Made by a program: the position numbers and the translations under genes | The notes under the pieces: model-generated | Database searches by the model: none | Seen by the model: only the letters and a program-made list of their open reading frames with translations | Told to the model about the DNA's origin: nothing | Assembly: GCA_046314355.1 (NCBI GenBank) | Contig: JBKBWQ010000001.1 | Coordinates: 352,001-416,000, forward strand | DNA: 64,000 nucleotides | Direction of reading: 5' to 3' | DNA from: Candidatus Altimarinota bacterium | GTDB lineage: Bacteria; Patescibacteriota; Gracilibacteria; 1-14-2-50-48-13 | Shown here: one piece after another, positions 47,467-58,590 of the stretch | Layout: each line of letters begins with the position of its first letter | Position numbering within the stretch: the first letter of the stretch is position 1

Positions 47467-47505
47467 TTATGAGTCAACTGCTCTAACCAACTGAGCTATG
47501 GGCCC
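47429..47505 (-). tRNA. tRNA with CAT anticodon, probable tRNA-Ile2
   Basis: GGGCCCATAGCTCAGTTGGTTAGAGCAGTTGACTCATAATCAATTGGTCGTTGGTTCAAGTCCAACTGGGCCCACCA; Ile2 identity inferred from acceptor and anticodon-arm style. Confidence 0.9.
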
Positions 47506-47600
47506 GTGAAAACACGTAGGTAATGTAGCAGTGGGGGAGAGAAAAATCAAGGAATTTAGGAAAAAGCATTACATCTATAGATATAATGCTTTTTAGAAGA

Positions 47601-47792
47601 TTATTTTTTTAGAAACAAAGGACCCGTGTGTCTTACTACAGGAGGTTTAAGATCTTTCTGGGACTTTATAATAAATCCCTCAGTTATGGTAGTGGTTTCA
47701 GGATTCTTTTCTTTGAGAATTCCTTTTTTAGTTCTATCAAATACTTGTGATGCATCCTGTCCTGGAACAATATAGCTTTTTCTTTTTGCCAT
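47601..47792 (-). CDS. Small basic hypothetical protein
   Basis: 63 aa, AAAGGA upstream, terminator-like hairpin at ~47560-47594, promoter TTGACC-N16-TATACT at 47922-47949. Confidence 0.55.
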   Translation of the reverse strand: MAKRKSYIVPGQDASQVFDRTKKGILKEKNPETTTITEGFIIKSQKDLKPPVVRHTGPLFLKK

Positions 47793-48115
47793 GTTCTATC
47801 CTTTCTAGATCGACATAGGGTAACTTTACCCTCTAATTATAATAATCTGCCTCTTTTGAAAAACATATCCTCCCTAGCGTCGTTGGTAAGGAGATATGTA
47901 CATCAAAAAGATGACTCGTGGAGTATAATGACTTCTTTTTTTCGGTCAATGGAAAACAATTATTTTTTATTGCAAATACCTAGGATAGTACCTACAGTAC
48001 GATTTTTTCACTAAGTTCATCTAACAGTAGGAAGGGGCTTTAGGTAACGCAATTGCTTGCTCTTAAAAGTAAGAGGGGTATAGTAAAATTTGATTTATAC
48101 CATAACACTTACCCT

Positions 48116-48463
48116 ATGAGATTTCTCGTACATCTTATCGTCAGTGCACTTGCAATCTTTTTGACTGCTTATCTCTTCCCAAATAGTGTAGTAGTCACAG
48201 GATTCGGTACTGCGATTATAGTAGCTATCATACTTGCTGTGCTGAACGCAGTAGTACGACCTATCCTTCTGCTTCTCTCTCTCCCATTGAATGTTCTTAC
48301 CCTTGGACTTTTCACCTTCGTTATCAATGCGATCATTATCCTGCTCGCAAGTGGACTCTCTCTTGGATTCCATGTGGATAACTTCATTACAGCGCTGCTC
48401 TTTAGTATCGTGCTCTCTGTAATCAATGCATTGCTCCTTGGACTTCTCGGAGTAGAAGAGTAA
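48116..48463 (+). CDS. 4-TM membrane protein of the YvlD/DUF360 ('phage holin 4') family
   Basis: LNAVVRPILLLLSLPLNVLTLGLFTFVINA; start revised to MRFLVH. Confidence 0.85.
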   Translation: MRFLVHLIVSALAIFLTAYLFPNSVVVTGFGTAIIVAIILAVLNAVVRPILLLLSLPLNVLTLGLFTFVINAIIILLASGLSLGFHVDNFITALLFSIVLSVINALLLGLLGVEE

Positions 48464-48556
48464 ACCAAATTCATAAAAAACACCAACTGCGTTCGACGCG
48501 GCGGGTGTTTTTTATAAAACCATGCTTTCGCGCATTATTCATATTTATACTGCTAT

Positions 48557-49012
48557 ATGGACAAGACTTCTTTTTCTAGACTCGTACAAGCATTTAGACC
48601 GCATGCAGGGGAAGAGAGCATTGCACACTTTGACAAGCATTTCATTACAATTGTCATTGAGTTGAAAAAGCTAGGATGTGAGAAAACCTTTCTGACTATA
48701 AAGCAGCGTATCGATACTATATGTGCTCCTGGGAAACAGTGTTCTATGGACAGGATGGATAAAGAATTTAAAGATATGGCTCTCCTCAATAATCAGATTC
48801 ACAGCGAAATTCAGAAGATATTAAAGCAGTATGTTCAAGCCTCACGGCTGAATAAAGTACACAAAAAAGATTCAGAGAAATCTCCGGCTGAAAAAATGCA
48901 AGTTCCATCAGTTGCAGTGACTGCGAAGCTTATGGTACAATTACATGAAGCTTATCAATTCATTCTTTCTCTTCCATGCGCGCTCAAGAACTCAAAAGAA
49001 AAATCAAAATAG
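48557..49012 (+). CDS. Hypothetical protein
   Basis: 151-aa ORF overlapping the start of the next gene. Confidence 0.55.
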   Translation: MDKTSFSRLVQAFRPHAGEESIAHFDKHFITIVIELKKLGCEKTFLTIKQRIDTICAPGKQCSMDRMDKEFKDMALLNNQIHSEIQKILKQYVQASRLNKVHKKDSEKSPAEKMQVPSVAVTAKLMVQLHEAYQFILSLPCALKNSKEKSK

Positions 49013-49599
49013 GTGTAATGGGATCTGCTTCAGGTCCTACTCTCGATAAGGCAGGAAATGATGAAAAGTGCAGGGAAGTGGGAAGAGAGATCGCTCGTCA
49101 TGGCTGTATCTTGATCAATGGTGCATGTCCTGGACTGCCGCATTATGCAGCTCAAGGAGCCAAAGAAGAAGGTGGATTTGTGATGGGTGTATCTCCAGCT
49201 TTTTCCGAGGAGGAGCATGTGAAGGAATATCGGTCTCCAAATGACAGCTATGATATCGTACTGTTTAGCGGATTAGGATTCATGGAGCGTGATATCATGA
49301 ACATACGTTCTTCAGATGGGCTCGTCTTCTTAGGGGGTGGTATTGGTACTATCAATGAGCTTACAGTTGCGTATGAGGAAGGAAAGCCTTTGGCTATCCT
49401 TACCAACACTGGTGGAATGTCAGATCATTTTCTAGATATGATCGTAAAGTCTGATAGAACGATCACTCCAAATATCGTCACTGATGATGATCCAAAGAAA
49501 CTGATACAAAAACTGCTGGTAGCCATAGAAAAATATCCTATACCAATACATGAAGACGGCAGAGTACGAGATGTGAAGTTCGGAAGTTTGAGAGGATAG
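48976..49599 (+). CDS. LOG/TIGR00725-family Rossmann-fold protein
   Basis: IGVMGSA, INGACPG, RDIMNIRSSD, GGGIGTINEL..AY..GKP. Confidence 0.85.
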   Translation: MRAQELKRKIKIGVMGSASGPTLDKAGNDEKCREVGREIARHGCILINGACPGLPHYAAQGAKEEGGFVMGVSPAFSEEEHVKEYRSPNDSYDIVLFSGLGFMERDIMNIRSSDGLVFLGGGIGTINELTVAYEEGKPLAILTNTGGMSDHFLDMIVKSDRTITPNIVTDDDPKKLIQKLLVAIEKYPIPIHEDGRVRDVKFGSLRG

Positions 49600-49607
49600 A
49601 AAGTATG

Positions 49608-49638
49608 AAAAAAGGATCTTCACATGAAGATCCTTTTT
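49608..49638. terminator. Bidirectional terminator
   Basis: AAAAAGGATCTTCA CA TGAAGATCCTTTTT. Confidence 0.7.
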
Positions 49639-49650
49639 AGTATCAATAGT

Positions 49651-50946
49651 TTATTGAGGGTATGTCGCCTGTAGAATGATATCTGCCATTTCTCCGCGCG
49701 TTACAATATGTGCAGGATCATCAGGGATAGTAATGAGAAATCTTTTTTCCCGCGCAGCTCTCATGTATTCTTCGTACCATGGTTCTCCTGTTATAGCTTC
49801 CGTCTTAATTGCATATTGTTTCATCACAATTTTTAGTGCTTCAGCGAGATTAATATTATTTGCAGGTCTGAAAGTGCCATCGGGGTTTCCTGAAATAATA
49901 CCTTTGCTCTTTGCTAAACAAACATACGATGTATACCACTCACTTTTTGTAAAATCACTAAAACATTTAGCAGCCGAATCCGTCTGCCAATTTGATAGAT
50001 TCTCTTTCACATTTGCGGCCACAAGAATCTTTGTAAATTCTGCACGATTGATAGGGGAGTCAGGTCTGAAGCTGCCGTCTGCATATCCTTCTACGATACC
50101 TTCACTCTTTATATACAAAATACCAGAATCATGAATATGATTGGATGGCACATCATTAAAATCCAGGCTACGTTTACGGCTTACAGCATTCTTTAATCCA
50201 TCCACATAGCCAATTACAGATACATTCTGCAAAAGTCTAGTGTCCACGTATTCTTCAAAGATTTTCTGATCAGCAGGAAGATCTGCATTTAGCCCTTTTT
50301 CAACAAGAAACTTTCTCCATTCAGACGTACTGTTATACATCCCGAGATCAGAGTATTCAATCACATAATTGAGAAATGCCATCGTACCTTTTTCTTCATC
50401 TTTTGTAATGATCCCATAATTTACTGTACCCGCCGTTCTTCCATCGTCATAAGAAATATAGAAGTATCCAATACCGATTTTGCTATCCCCCTGCATAATA
50501 AATTCCGGATTCACAATCCAGCTAGTATTACGAATCCCAGGTTTCATCAGAGCAACCTGGTCTATCAATACCTCATCAAAGGAAAGTGTACCTGAAATAT
50601 AATCATCATAAGCAGACAATATTGGGTGTATATGTAGCCCCATGGTAGCCGCACTGCGTAACTCTGTAGGTGAATTAATAGCATACCAGTCTATGGAAAA
50701 AGAGCGCGTATTTCTTTTCCCTGTATCAAAGAAAGATGTCTCACCATGTAATACAGCACAGGCATTTGTGAAATAAGATGTATCGCTACCATATATACAA
50801 GGTACTTTTTCCTGATTGTAGAAAGACATATCAAAAAATAGTTCTGTTCCTCGAAAGAAATCACTTGTGACATTTGTGGCAGAAGCCTGGAGTACAGATC
50901 CTGAGAATCCAATAAACAATGCTGCCAGCAATAGTATTTTTTTCAT
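49651..50946 (-). CDS. Secreted protein with C-terminal SLH repeats
   Basis: Signal peptide; GYADGSFRPDSPINRAEF, GNPDGTFRP, TRGEMA. Confidence 0.85.
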   Translation of the reverse strand: MKKILLLAALFIGFSGSVLQASATNVTSDFFRGTELFFDMSFYNQEKVPCIYGSDTSYFTNACAVLHGETSFFDTGKRNTRSFSIDWYAINSPTELRSAATMGLHIHPILSAYDDYISGTLSFDEVLIDQVALMKPGIRNTSWIVNPEFIMQGDSKIGIGYFYISYDDGRTAGTVNYGIITKDEEKGTMAFLNYVIEYSDLGMYNSTSEWRKFLVEKGLNADLPADQKIFEEYVDTRLLQNVSVIGYVDGLKNAVSRKRSLDFNDVPSNHIHDSGILYIKSEGIVEGYADGSFRPDSPINRAEFTKILVAANVKENLSNWQTDSAAKCFSDFTKSEWYTSYVCLAKSKGIISGNPDGTFRPANNINLAEALKIVMKQYAIKTEAITGEPWYEEYMRAAREKRFLITIPDDPAHIVTRGEMADIILQATYPQ

Positions 50947-51111
50947 TTTATGATAAAGAAGTTATATTCATATAACGTATGTATACTCAAAAAAGTTACA
51001 TATATTTAAATAACTCTTAATACTCCCACATAGAAATCACACTTTCCCTTGCAAGAAGATCAAATGTGAGTAACATGAACAATGTTTCCAATCGCGTTTG
51101 ACGCGAAATGT

Positions 51112-51187
51112 CGCGGGGTAGAGCAGTTGGCAGCTCGTCGGGCTCATAACCCGGAGGTCATTGGTTCGAGTCCAATCCCCGCAACCA
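51112..51187 (+). tRNA. Initiator tRNA-fMet (CAT)
   Basis: CGCGGGGTAGAGCAG...CGGGCTCATAACCCG...CCCCGCAACCA; C1:A72 mismatch and three G-C pairs in the anticodon stem. Confidence 0.95.
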
Positions 51188-51466
51188 TTCTTCGCTTCTC
51201 ACGAAGCTACGAATGGCACAGCCAGAATGGAATGAATCTTCGCAGGCGAAGATTTTTTTAATATACAGCGAAGAATGTCCCTCATAGCCTACACCTAACT
51301 ATAAGTTTCTGGTTCTTTGTGGCGTAGAGGGACGCCAAAGCATAAAGCATTGAAGTATTTTGGTACGCCTCTAAGTTTATTGTAATTCTTTTTTATAATA
51401 GAATACAAAAATTTACCCCTCACTACTAACTACTCCCACTATCACTCACACTCCGAGCCCTCGAGC
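51188..51466 (+). repeat. tRNA-3'-linked structured element, copy B
   Basis: Homologous over its full length to the reverse complement of 14215-14495. Confidence 0.9.
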
Positions 51467-51473
51467 CTCCTAC

Positions 51474-51510
51474 AAAAACCGGCACCACTCCTTAGAGTGA
51501 TGCCGGTTTT
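51474..51510. terminator. Strong hairpin / terminator
   Basis: AAAACCGGCACCACTC CTTA GAGTGATGCCGGTTTT. Confidence 0.65.
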
Positions 51511-51633
51511 GCGAGTACTCCAGGTCCTTCCTTACCTGAAATACTTATATTCCAATTACCCCAAACTTCTAGAGATAAATATCCTGAGATATTTGTCTCT
51601 CACTTACTTACACAACTAAGACGTAAAAAAGTT

Positions 51634-52122
51634 TCACTTTTTTCTAATCATTATTATCATTGCGTTCACATCACTAGGATTGCCGGGGATATCCCTTCCT
51701 AATACAGAGACATGCATACCTGAAGTAATGTTTGCGAGGGAGAGTTCACGCCCTCCGTCTCTTACTTTTGTCTCAGGTACGAAGAGGACTCTCTTCACAA
51801 CCCTTCTTCCATCCTGAAGGAGTAGGGAACCACTATTCACAGTCTGTACTATTCCGTTCATGGCAAACTTATGGTCTGGTTCTTTTCCAAATAACCCTAC
51901 TGGTCCTTTTGGAAAATCCTCTCTCTGCTTCATACCTGATCCTGTAGGGGGATGATCCTGATTAGGAATTGGAGGAAAATTTTTATTGATGAAAAATGCT
52001 GCGTTTCTTTGAGACTGATGATATCCGACTACATATCCCACAGAAAAAATACCTGCAGTAATAGTACATGCAACTACAGTGATAGCGAAAGCGATAAGTA
52101 TCCGGTGTGAATTAGGATGCAT
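51634..52122 (-). CDS. Single-TM protein with C-terminal DUF5666-like beta domain
   Basis: TM helix, then GIVQTVN...ETKV...ITSGMHVSVLG; operonic with the ECF sigma gene. Confidence 0.6.
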   Translation of the reverse strand: MHPNSHRILIAFAITVVACTITAGIFSVGYVVGYHQSQRNAAFFINKNFPPIPNQDHPPTGSGMKQREDFPKGPVGLFGKEPDHKFAMNGIVQTVNSGSLLLQDGRRVVKRVLFVPETKVRDGGRELSLANITSGMHVSVLGRDIPGNPSDVNAMIIMIRKK

Positions 52123-52516
52123 AAGGTGTCAGCAAATGTTTATAGATCAAATGTATACTCCTGCGCGAGAGAAACACAAGCACAATTGTTAAAACTACGA
52201 GAAGAGCAATCTCTACTACAGGTATGGCTTCCATCACTGTAGTCTGCCACTCGGCAGTGGTCAAGACATCAGGATTACTTACACCGAGATCCACATATTC
52301 ATACAAGTCCATGGCAAGTATCTCTGATGTAGCGCCCACAAGCACATAGAAGAAAATACCCAAGGTGGTCACTATGCTCAGACAGGTAAAAAGAATTTGC
52401 TTCTGAAAACGCCGTTCTGCGCGGAAGAAGATCTCCTTCATTACCTTTCCTACAAAATCGGAAGAGCCTTGTTTTTTGTACTCCATTGTTTCAATGAGCT
52501 GTTCGAGATGTGTCAT
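52112..52516 (-). CDS. Putative anti-sigma membrane protein
   Basis: DFVGKVMKEI motif plus two TMs, directly after the sigma gene. Confidence 0.6.
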   Translation of the reverse strand: MTHLEQLIETMEYKKQGSSDFVGKVMKEIFFRAERRFQKQILFTCLSIVTTLGIFFYVLVGATSEILAMDLYEYVDLGVSNPDVLTTAEWQTTVMEAIPVVEIALLVVLTIVLVFLSRRSIHLIYKHLLTPYAS

Positions 52517-52522
52517 AGTGTC

Positions 52523-53089
52523 TTAGATAAGTGTACGTAATTTCTTTTCGAGATGCGCTTTTGCACGGTTGATATGAGTCTTTACAGTGCTCAGCGGTAC
52601 CGATAGGAGCTTGGAGATTTCATCATACTGGAGCTGCTCCATGTACCTCAGGGAGAGGATTCTTTGGAATTTTTCCGGCAGACTTTCCATGGAGGTTTTT
52701 ACAAGATTTTTCTGCTCTTCCAGGGCAAGCTGTTCAAACGGATCAGGTTCGCTGCTTCGTATTGTGTCTTCAAAGGGTATACTCTGTTCGTTTTCTTCGG
52801 AATCCATGTCGCTAAAAGATATGGATTTTTTCTTCTTTAGAAAGTTTTTGCAGAGATTGATACAGATCTGAAACAGCCATGGCTTAAAGGGTAGATCTGT
52901 ACGGGAAGAGGGAAGTGCTTCATAGGCTTTTATAAAAGCTGTCTGAGCGATATCCTCCGCATCCTGCACGTTTTTGCAATACGTCCATGCTAAGTGAATA
53001 AGAGCATGCTGGTATTTACTAACGAGATCGGGAAATGCACTCGTATCTCCTTTTAAATGGTTGGTGACCAATTCGGTGTCCGGAAGCAT
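52523..53089 (-). CDS. ECF RNA polymerase sigma factor
   Basis: DAEDIAQTAFIKAY, FKPWLFQI..N, LPEKFQ..L.LRY, EIS..L.VPLSTVKTHINRAK. Confidence 0.92.
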   Translation of the reverse strand: MLPDTELVTNHLKGDTSAFPDLVSKYQHALIHLAWTYCKNVQDAEDIAQTAFIKAYEALPSSRTDLPFKPWLFQICINLCKNFLKKKKSISFSDMDSEENEQSIPFEDTIRSSEPDPFEQLALEEQKNLVKTSMESLPEKFQRILSLRYMEQLQYDEISKLLSVPLSTVKTHINRAKAHLEKKLRTLI

Positions 53090-53211
53090 AGGAACCTTAA
53101 GTGCAAATAAATGTTTGTGTACATACTCTACACAGGTTATGAGAGAGAATGTTTCACTTTTCTTATGCTTAGTATAGTTTCTTTGCAGAAAAAGTGAAGG
53201 AATTGGATGGA

Positions 53212-54531
<1,320 letters not shown>

Positions 54532-54564
54532 AGTGGGATAAAAAGAAAAATAAACTTACGGTTT

Positions 54565-54592
54565 ATTGTAGAGAGAATTCGAACATTGTCAA
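54565..54592 (-). promoter_or_regulatory. sigma70-like promoter of the TMEM43 gene
   Basis: TTGACA-N16-TACAAT. Confidence 0.65.
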
Positions 54593-54607
54593 AAGATGGG
54601 AGAATTA

Positions 54608-54700
54608 GGGCTCGTTGATTGGGCGCACAGTATTGGGCAACAATAATTGAGCTCAATTACTAATTATGTGAGCCCAGTTATTGAGCCAAATTATCGAGCC
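54608..54700. repeat. ~95-bp periodic palindromic element, copy 3 (inverted relative to copy 2)
   Basis: GGGCTCGTTGATTGGGCGCACA...AATTGAGCTCAATT...CCCAGTTATTGAGCC. Confidence 0.8.
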
Positions 54701-54707
54701 TAAATCA

Positions 54708-55655
54708 CTAAGTACTCAACATTCCATTAAGCACCTCAATCGAAACCTTTCCATCTTCCAATGCTGCTCTGCATTCTGCAAACATACGGTGAGTAAGATA
54801 CTGTTTAAGCCCCTCATGGGAGACTTTATCTATGGTTCTATTAATATGATAAAGTCTTAGAAAGGTATCTTTATGAAGATTTAATTCTTCAAATTTCTTG
54901 TCATTAACTTCTAAAACATGCTGATTACTTACTTTTTTCCCTACGAATTTCAGCTTTTCGATAAACTTCATTTTCATACCTTTAAACATTCTTACTCTAG
55001 CAGCACAGTATGAATCATAGGTTTTTTCCTGTTCGTCACCTTGAAAGTATGGAGCTTCCATAAGGTATCTATTCATTTCATCTTCCCATTTGAGTATATT
55101 ACCTAAAACATTTGGCTTCACATTTTTTCCATCTTCCCATTTTCCTATCCAATAAGCATTATCTTTTTCAAAAATTTTATTAATAGACAGCGTGCTTTGC
55201 TTCATATCGGCAGTATATTTTTCTTTTGTCGCAATCTCCGCATAATCTGCAGGTGAATCTAAATAAGTATGAGATAAAGAAGAGTAGGTATTAAATAATC
55301 CTCGCTGCATATTTTCAAAAGCAAGAATACGTTCATCCACACTTTTCTCTTTAAGAGAGTCCTCAAGTATCCCGCTGTTGATACGGTCAAATAGTGCATC
55401 TCTCATATAAGAGATAAGGCTGAAGACATCTTTGATACCATCAAGAATTTTTTCTAGATCCTCATAAGTTTCTGCGGTCATGAGGAGATCTTTTTCTTGC
55501 TCAACTTTTTGCAGCTTTGGAATAATCAGTGTATTTGCCTTACCTAAATCTTCTATGGATTTTCTTATGCATGCAATCTCTCCTTCAAAATCTACGGGCA
55601 GCAGCAGATCATATGACTTTTCATCCTTAACTTTATGGGACGATAGTGTGTTCAT
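54708..55655 (-). CDS. Hypothetical helical protein
   Basis: 315-aa ORF; promoter TTGCTT-N16-TACATT at 55683-55710. Confidence 0.7.
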   Translation of the reverse strand: MNTLSSHKVKDEKSYDLLLPVDFEGEIACIRKSIEDLGKANTLIIPKLQKVEQEKDLLMTAETYEDLEKILDGIKDVFSLISYMRDALFDRINSGILEDSLKEKSVDERILAFENMQRGLFNTYSSLSHTYLDSPADYAEIATKEKYTADMKQSTLSINKIFEKDNAYWIGKWEDGKNVKPNVLGNILKWEDEMNRYLMEAPYFQGDEQEKTYDSYCAARVRMFKGMKMKFIEKLKFVGKKVSNQHVLEVNDKKFEELNLHKDTFLRLYHINRTIDKVSHEGLKQYLTHRMFAECRAALEDGKVSIEVLNGMLST

Positions 55656-55802
55656 GTCTCACTTTAAAAATATAGTATTTGCAATGTACAACTTTTCCGA
55701 GAGAAAGCAATATGCATCTTTAATTCCTATCAGTCAAATAGTAGCTCTTTTAAATAAACGTATGCGCATTATAATCAAGATCACTGTTTTTAATCTATCG
55801 CT

Positions 55803-57005
55803 ATGCCGCAGAATTTTTCCATTTCTCTTGCTGATATTCCTCAGGATATCGCAGGCATCATACCTCTTGATCTTATAAAACTCTGGCAGGAGGGAGAAAA
55901 AACCATAGAGGCTCATCAGGAGCTGCTTGCTCCATATATGGTGGAAGGCACTGTAGTGTGTTCTGATTCAGCAGGTTTAAGTAAACTTAGTCAAAGAGTC
56001 ACGGCTATGGAAGCAATGAAACTTGTAAGTGAACCAAAGGAGATCATATATGCTTACGGCTCTCAAATTGGAAGAAAACCACTAGGTATCTGGGCTGCTG
56101 ATAACACGCAAATGTTTTACGGACAGGATATCATGATCGACGATATCCTAGATCAAATGATCGCTGCTCAAAAAGAAATAGCTGATCTGACAGTCCAGGT
56201 AGGAATGGGTATTCATACAGGAAATTTTATTAAAATAGGAGATTCACTATTTGGTAATGATGCGATATTTATAGAAGAATTTGCGGAGAACTATACTGCA
56301 GGGAAAGAAATAGCAGTGACCGAAGCAGTTTTTTTAAAACTATCAGATGAAAAGAGAAAATTACTCCAACGAAGAAAAGATGGAATGCATGCAAAGACCT
56401 TCACAATAGAATATAAGGATCTCATTTCTAATGCAGAAAAATCCTCTGATACTAAGTATCCGATTCCATTCAGTCCTGATTTTTATGAATATTTGCAGTC
56501 ATATGCCTCTGAAGAACTAGAGACACATGCAGGTGAAATGTCACAGTATAAAAAACAGAAAGTAGTCATTCTTTCTAAGGTAATTCATAAAGAACATTTT
56601 TTTCTCCTAGATACCTTTACAGACTGGACATTCTGCAATGCTGCAATGATACAGGAAGCTAAAAATCATAATATAGAGATCATCAAATCAAATGGTGATC
56701 TAGGAATCTTTGTCTGTGAAGAGGGTAGTCAGGCAGTGGATTTTGCAAAGAGTCTCTGCCAGACACTTTCGGAAAGTGACTTTGAGATAAACTGCGGTAT
56801 ATCGCAGGGAGAAGTACTGATCTTTCCTCTAGAGAAGGGCGGCGTAGACATTGCCGGCGGACCTGTAAATATAGCTTCAAAGATAGCAGAAGATAGTGGA
56901 AAAAGTGGAGTAATGCTCCATGAATGCGTCTCATGTCTTCATAATTCTATAGAGGATTTTTGTGTTACAATCTCAGGTATAGAAATAAAAGGGAAGGTAT
57001 ATTAG
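55803..57005 (+). CDS. Class III adenylate/guanylate cyclase with two cyclase domains
   Basis: SDSAGLS, ADN, GMGIHTG, LFG; second half KSNGD, CGISQG, GGPVNIASKIAED. Confidence 0.75.
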   Translation: MPQNFSISLADIPQDIAGIIPLDLIKLWQEGEKTIEAHQELLAPYMVEGTVVCSDSAGLSKLSQRVTAMEAMKLVSEPKEIIYAYGSQIGRKPLGIWAADNTQMFYGQDIMIDDILDQMIAAQKEIADLTVQVGMGIHTGNFIKIGDSLFGNDAIFIEEFAENYTAGKEIAVTEAVFLKLSDEKRKLLQRRKDGMHAKTFTIEYKDLISNAEKSSDTKYPIPFSPDFYEYLQSYASEELETHAGEMSQYKKQKVVILSKVIHKEHFFLLDTFTDWTFCNAAMIQEAKNHNIEIIKSNGDLGIFVCEEGSQAVDFAKSLCQTLSESDFEINCGISQGEVLIFPLEKGGVDIAGGPVNIASKIAEDSGKSGVMLHECVSCLHNSIEDFCVTISGIEIKGKVY

Positions 57006-57075
57006 CAGTACCAAAAGGCTATTTTCTTAAGGTGAATAATGTTACAATAGTATATCTAATTTTTGATATATCTCT

Positions 57076-57333
57076 ATGGCTTCATGCTCACACCTAGATC
57101 AAATAAAAGAAATCACTCCAAGCGGAGAAGGATGTAGGGAATGTCTCGAAACAGGCGATAGTTGGGTACATTTAAGAGTTTGTCTTTCATGCGGACACAT
57201 AGGATGCTGTGATTCTTCTAAAAATACTCACGCACGAAAACATTTTGAAGAAACAGATCATCCTATTATTCAGTCCTTTGAACCCGGTGAGAACTGGAAA
57301 TGGTGTTATAAAGATGATACATACATCGAATAA
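57076..57333 (+). CDS. UBP-type zinc finger protein
   Basis: CSH, CREC, WVHLRVCLSCGHIGCCDSS, HARKH, EPGENWKWCY. Confidence 0.9.
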   Translation: MASCSHLDQIKEITPSGEGCRECLETGDSWVHLRVCLSCGHIGCCDSSKNTHARKHFEETDHPIIQSFEPGENWKWCYKDDTYIE

Positions 57334-57346
57334 GAAATTCGACAAT

Positions 57347-57781
57347 TTATATACTCTTACCTGCCATCCCTTCTTTGATAATCTTGAAACAGATTACAAA
57401 TATTAATGGTAGATGTATAAACAATATGAGAAGCATAATCTCGAGAAACAACAAATAGTCGTTGATATCTTTATGTAGAATATTCAAAACATATAGTGTG
57501 GTGAAAAGCACCACCACTGTTGCAATAAAAGAAATCAGTGCAGGAAGAATAAGAAACTTCCAGTACTTAATCTTAATGTTCTTTTTACGCATTACTCTTG
57601 TAAGATGGATCAGATACAAGGAACTGGATAGTACTGCAAGAGGAAGACCGATAACAGTGGGAAGCGGAGTATAATCATGAATGTACACAAGATAGAGCTG
57701 CAGCATCTCCACTAAAAAGAAACATCCAATATGGACGAGGTAGAAGGAAAGATAGTAATGCGATTTAGAAGAATTATCCAT
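57347..57781 (-). CDS. Hypothetical membrane protein
   Basis: Four hydrophobic segments; start taken as MDNSSK. Confidence 0.55.
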   Translation of the reverse strand: MDNSSKSHYYLSFYLVHIGCFFLVEMLQLYLVYIHDYTPLPTVIGLPLAVLSSSLYLIHLTRVMRKKNIKIKYWKFLILPALISFIATVVVLFTTLYVLNILHKDINDYLLFLEIMLLILFIHLPLIFVICFKIIKEGMAGKSI

Positions 57782-57846
57782 GAAAATAGTAATTAATACT
57801 GCGTAAGTATATTGAAATTTCTCATACATGCCAGTGCTGTATGTGA

Positions 57847-58461
57847 TTATATCTCTTTTCTAAAGGATTTCTTATACTTTATCTTCGCTTTCTCCTCTTC
57901 ACTGAGTTTTCTCATATAATTCGGTAAGGCTCTGCAATACGACGCAGAAAGACCTATCTCCTTCATAAGATCAGTGGAGTAGATATCTCCCTGATACGTA
58001 GAAAGAAACCAGCGTATGCGTTCTGGAATATCATATGGAATTGGTTCAAACTCCGCACCTCCGATTTGTACTTCATCACCAATTTGAATACTACCTTCAT
58101 TGAGCAATGTACCCAGTACTCCGCGCCGATGCATGATACTTCCGATATTCACCTTATCTTTTATGACGTAACACGGCTCACAGTGAATAGTGAGTCTGAC
58201 TTTTACATCACCAATTTGTAGCACTGTTCCTGAAGGCAAAGAATGAATATCATATCCTTCAATAATTATATTTTCCTTCAGATCACCCGGCTGAAGAGAG
58301 AAGTCATGGATAGTCTCAGAAGGCAGGATCAAGATCTGCCGCAATGTAGAGCATTCGACATTACCAACAATTTGACCATCATCTTTTACATGCAAGGTGT
58401 CAGCATGCATCATTGGCTTGCCGTGAGTTGGTTTTAAAAACAGATGCATGACTTGAATCAT
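57847..58461 (-). CDS. MOSC domain protein
   Basis: RQILI, PGDLKENII, GTVLQIG, CEPC, RRGVLG...GSIQIGD. Confidence 0.85.
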   Translation of the reverse strand: MIQVMHLFLKPTHGKPMMHADTLHVKDDGQIVGNVECSTLRQILILPSETIHDFSLQPGDLKENIIIEGYDIHSLPSGTVLQIGDVKVRLTIHCEPCYVIKDKVNIGSIMHRRGVLGTLLNEGSIQIGDEVQIGGAEFEPIPYDIPERIRWFLSTYQGDIYSTDLMKEIGLSASYCRALPNYMRKLSEEEKAKIKYKKSFRKEI

Positions 58462-58590
58462 AGTTGTATGGTTACTTTATCTAGTGTGGAAGAAAGTGAC
58501 GACATATCATAGAGAATTATTTCCTAGTTATTGACTAATATCAAATAAAAAGTATTTTAACTTTATCAAAATACAAAAAAGGAGGTAGCG

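Noticed and set aside
48116-48463. 'Phage holin' as evidence of a prophage
   Set aside because: The family is common in chromosomes, it lies outside the att-bounded island, and no lysin, capsid or tail genes are nearby.
51512-51545. SRP RNA (CAGGT..GGAAGG resemblance on the minus strand)
   Set aside because: The conserved AGCAG internal-loop strand and long flanking helix are absent.
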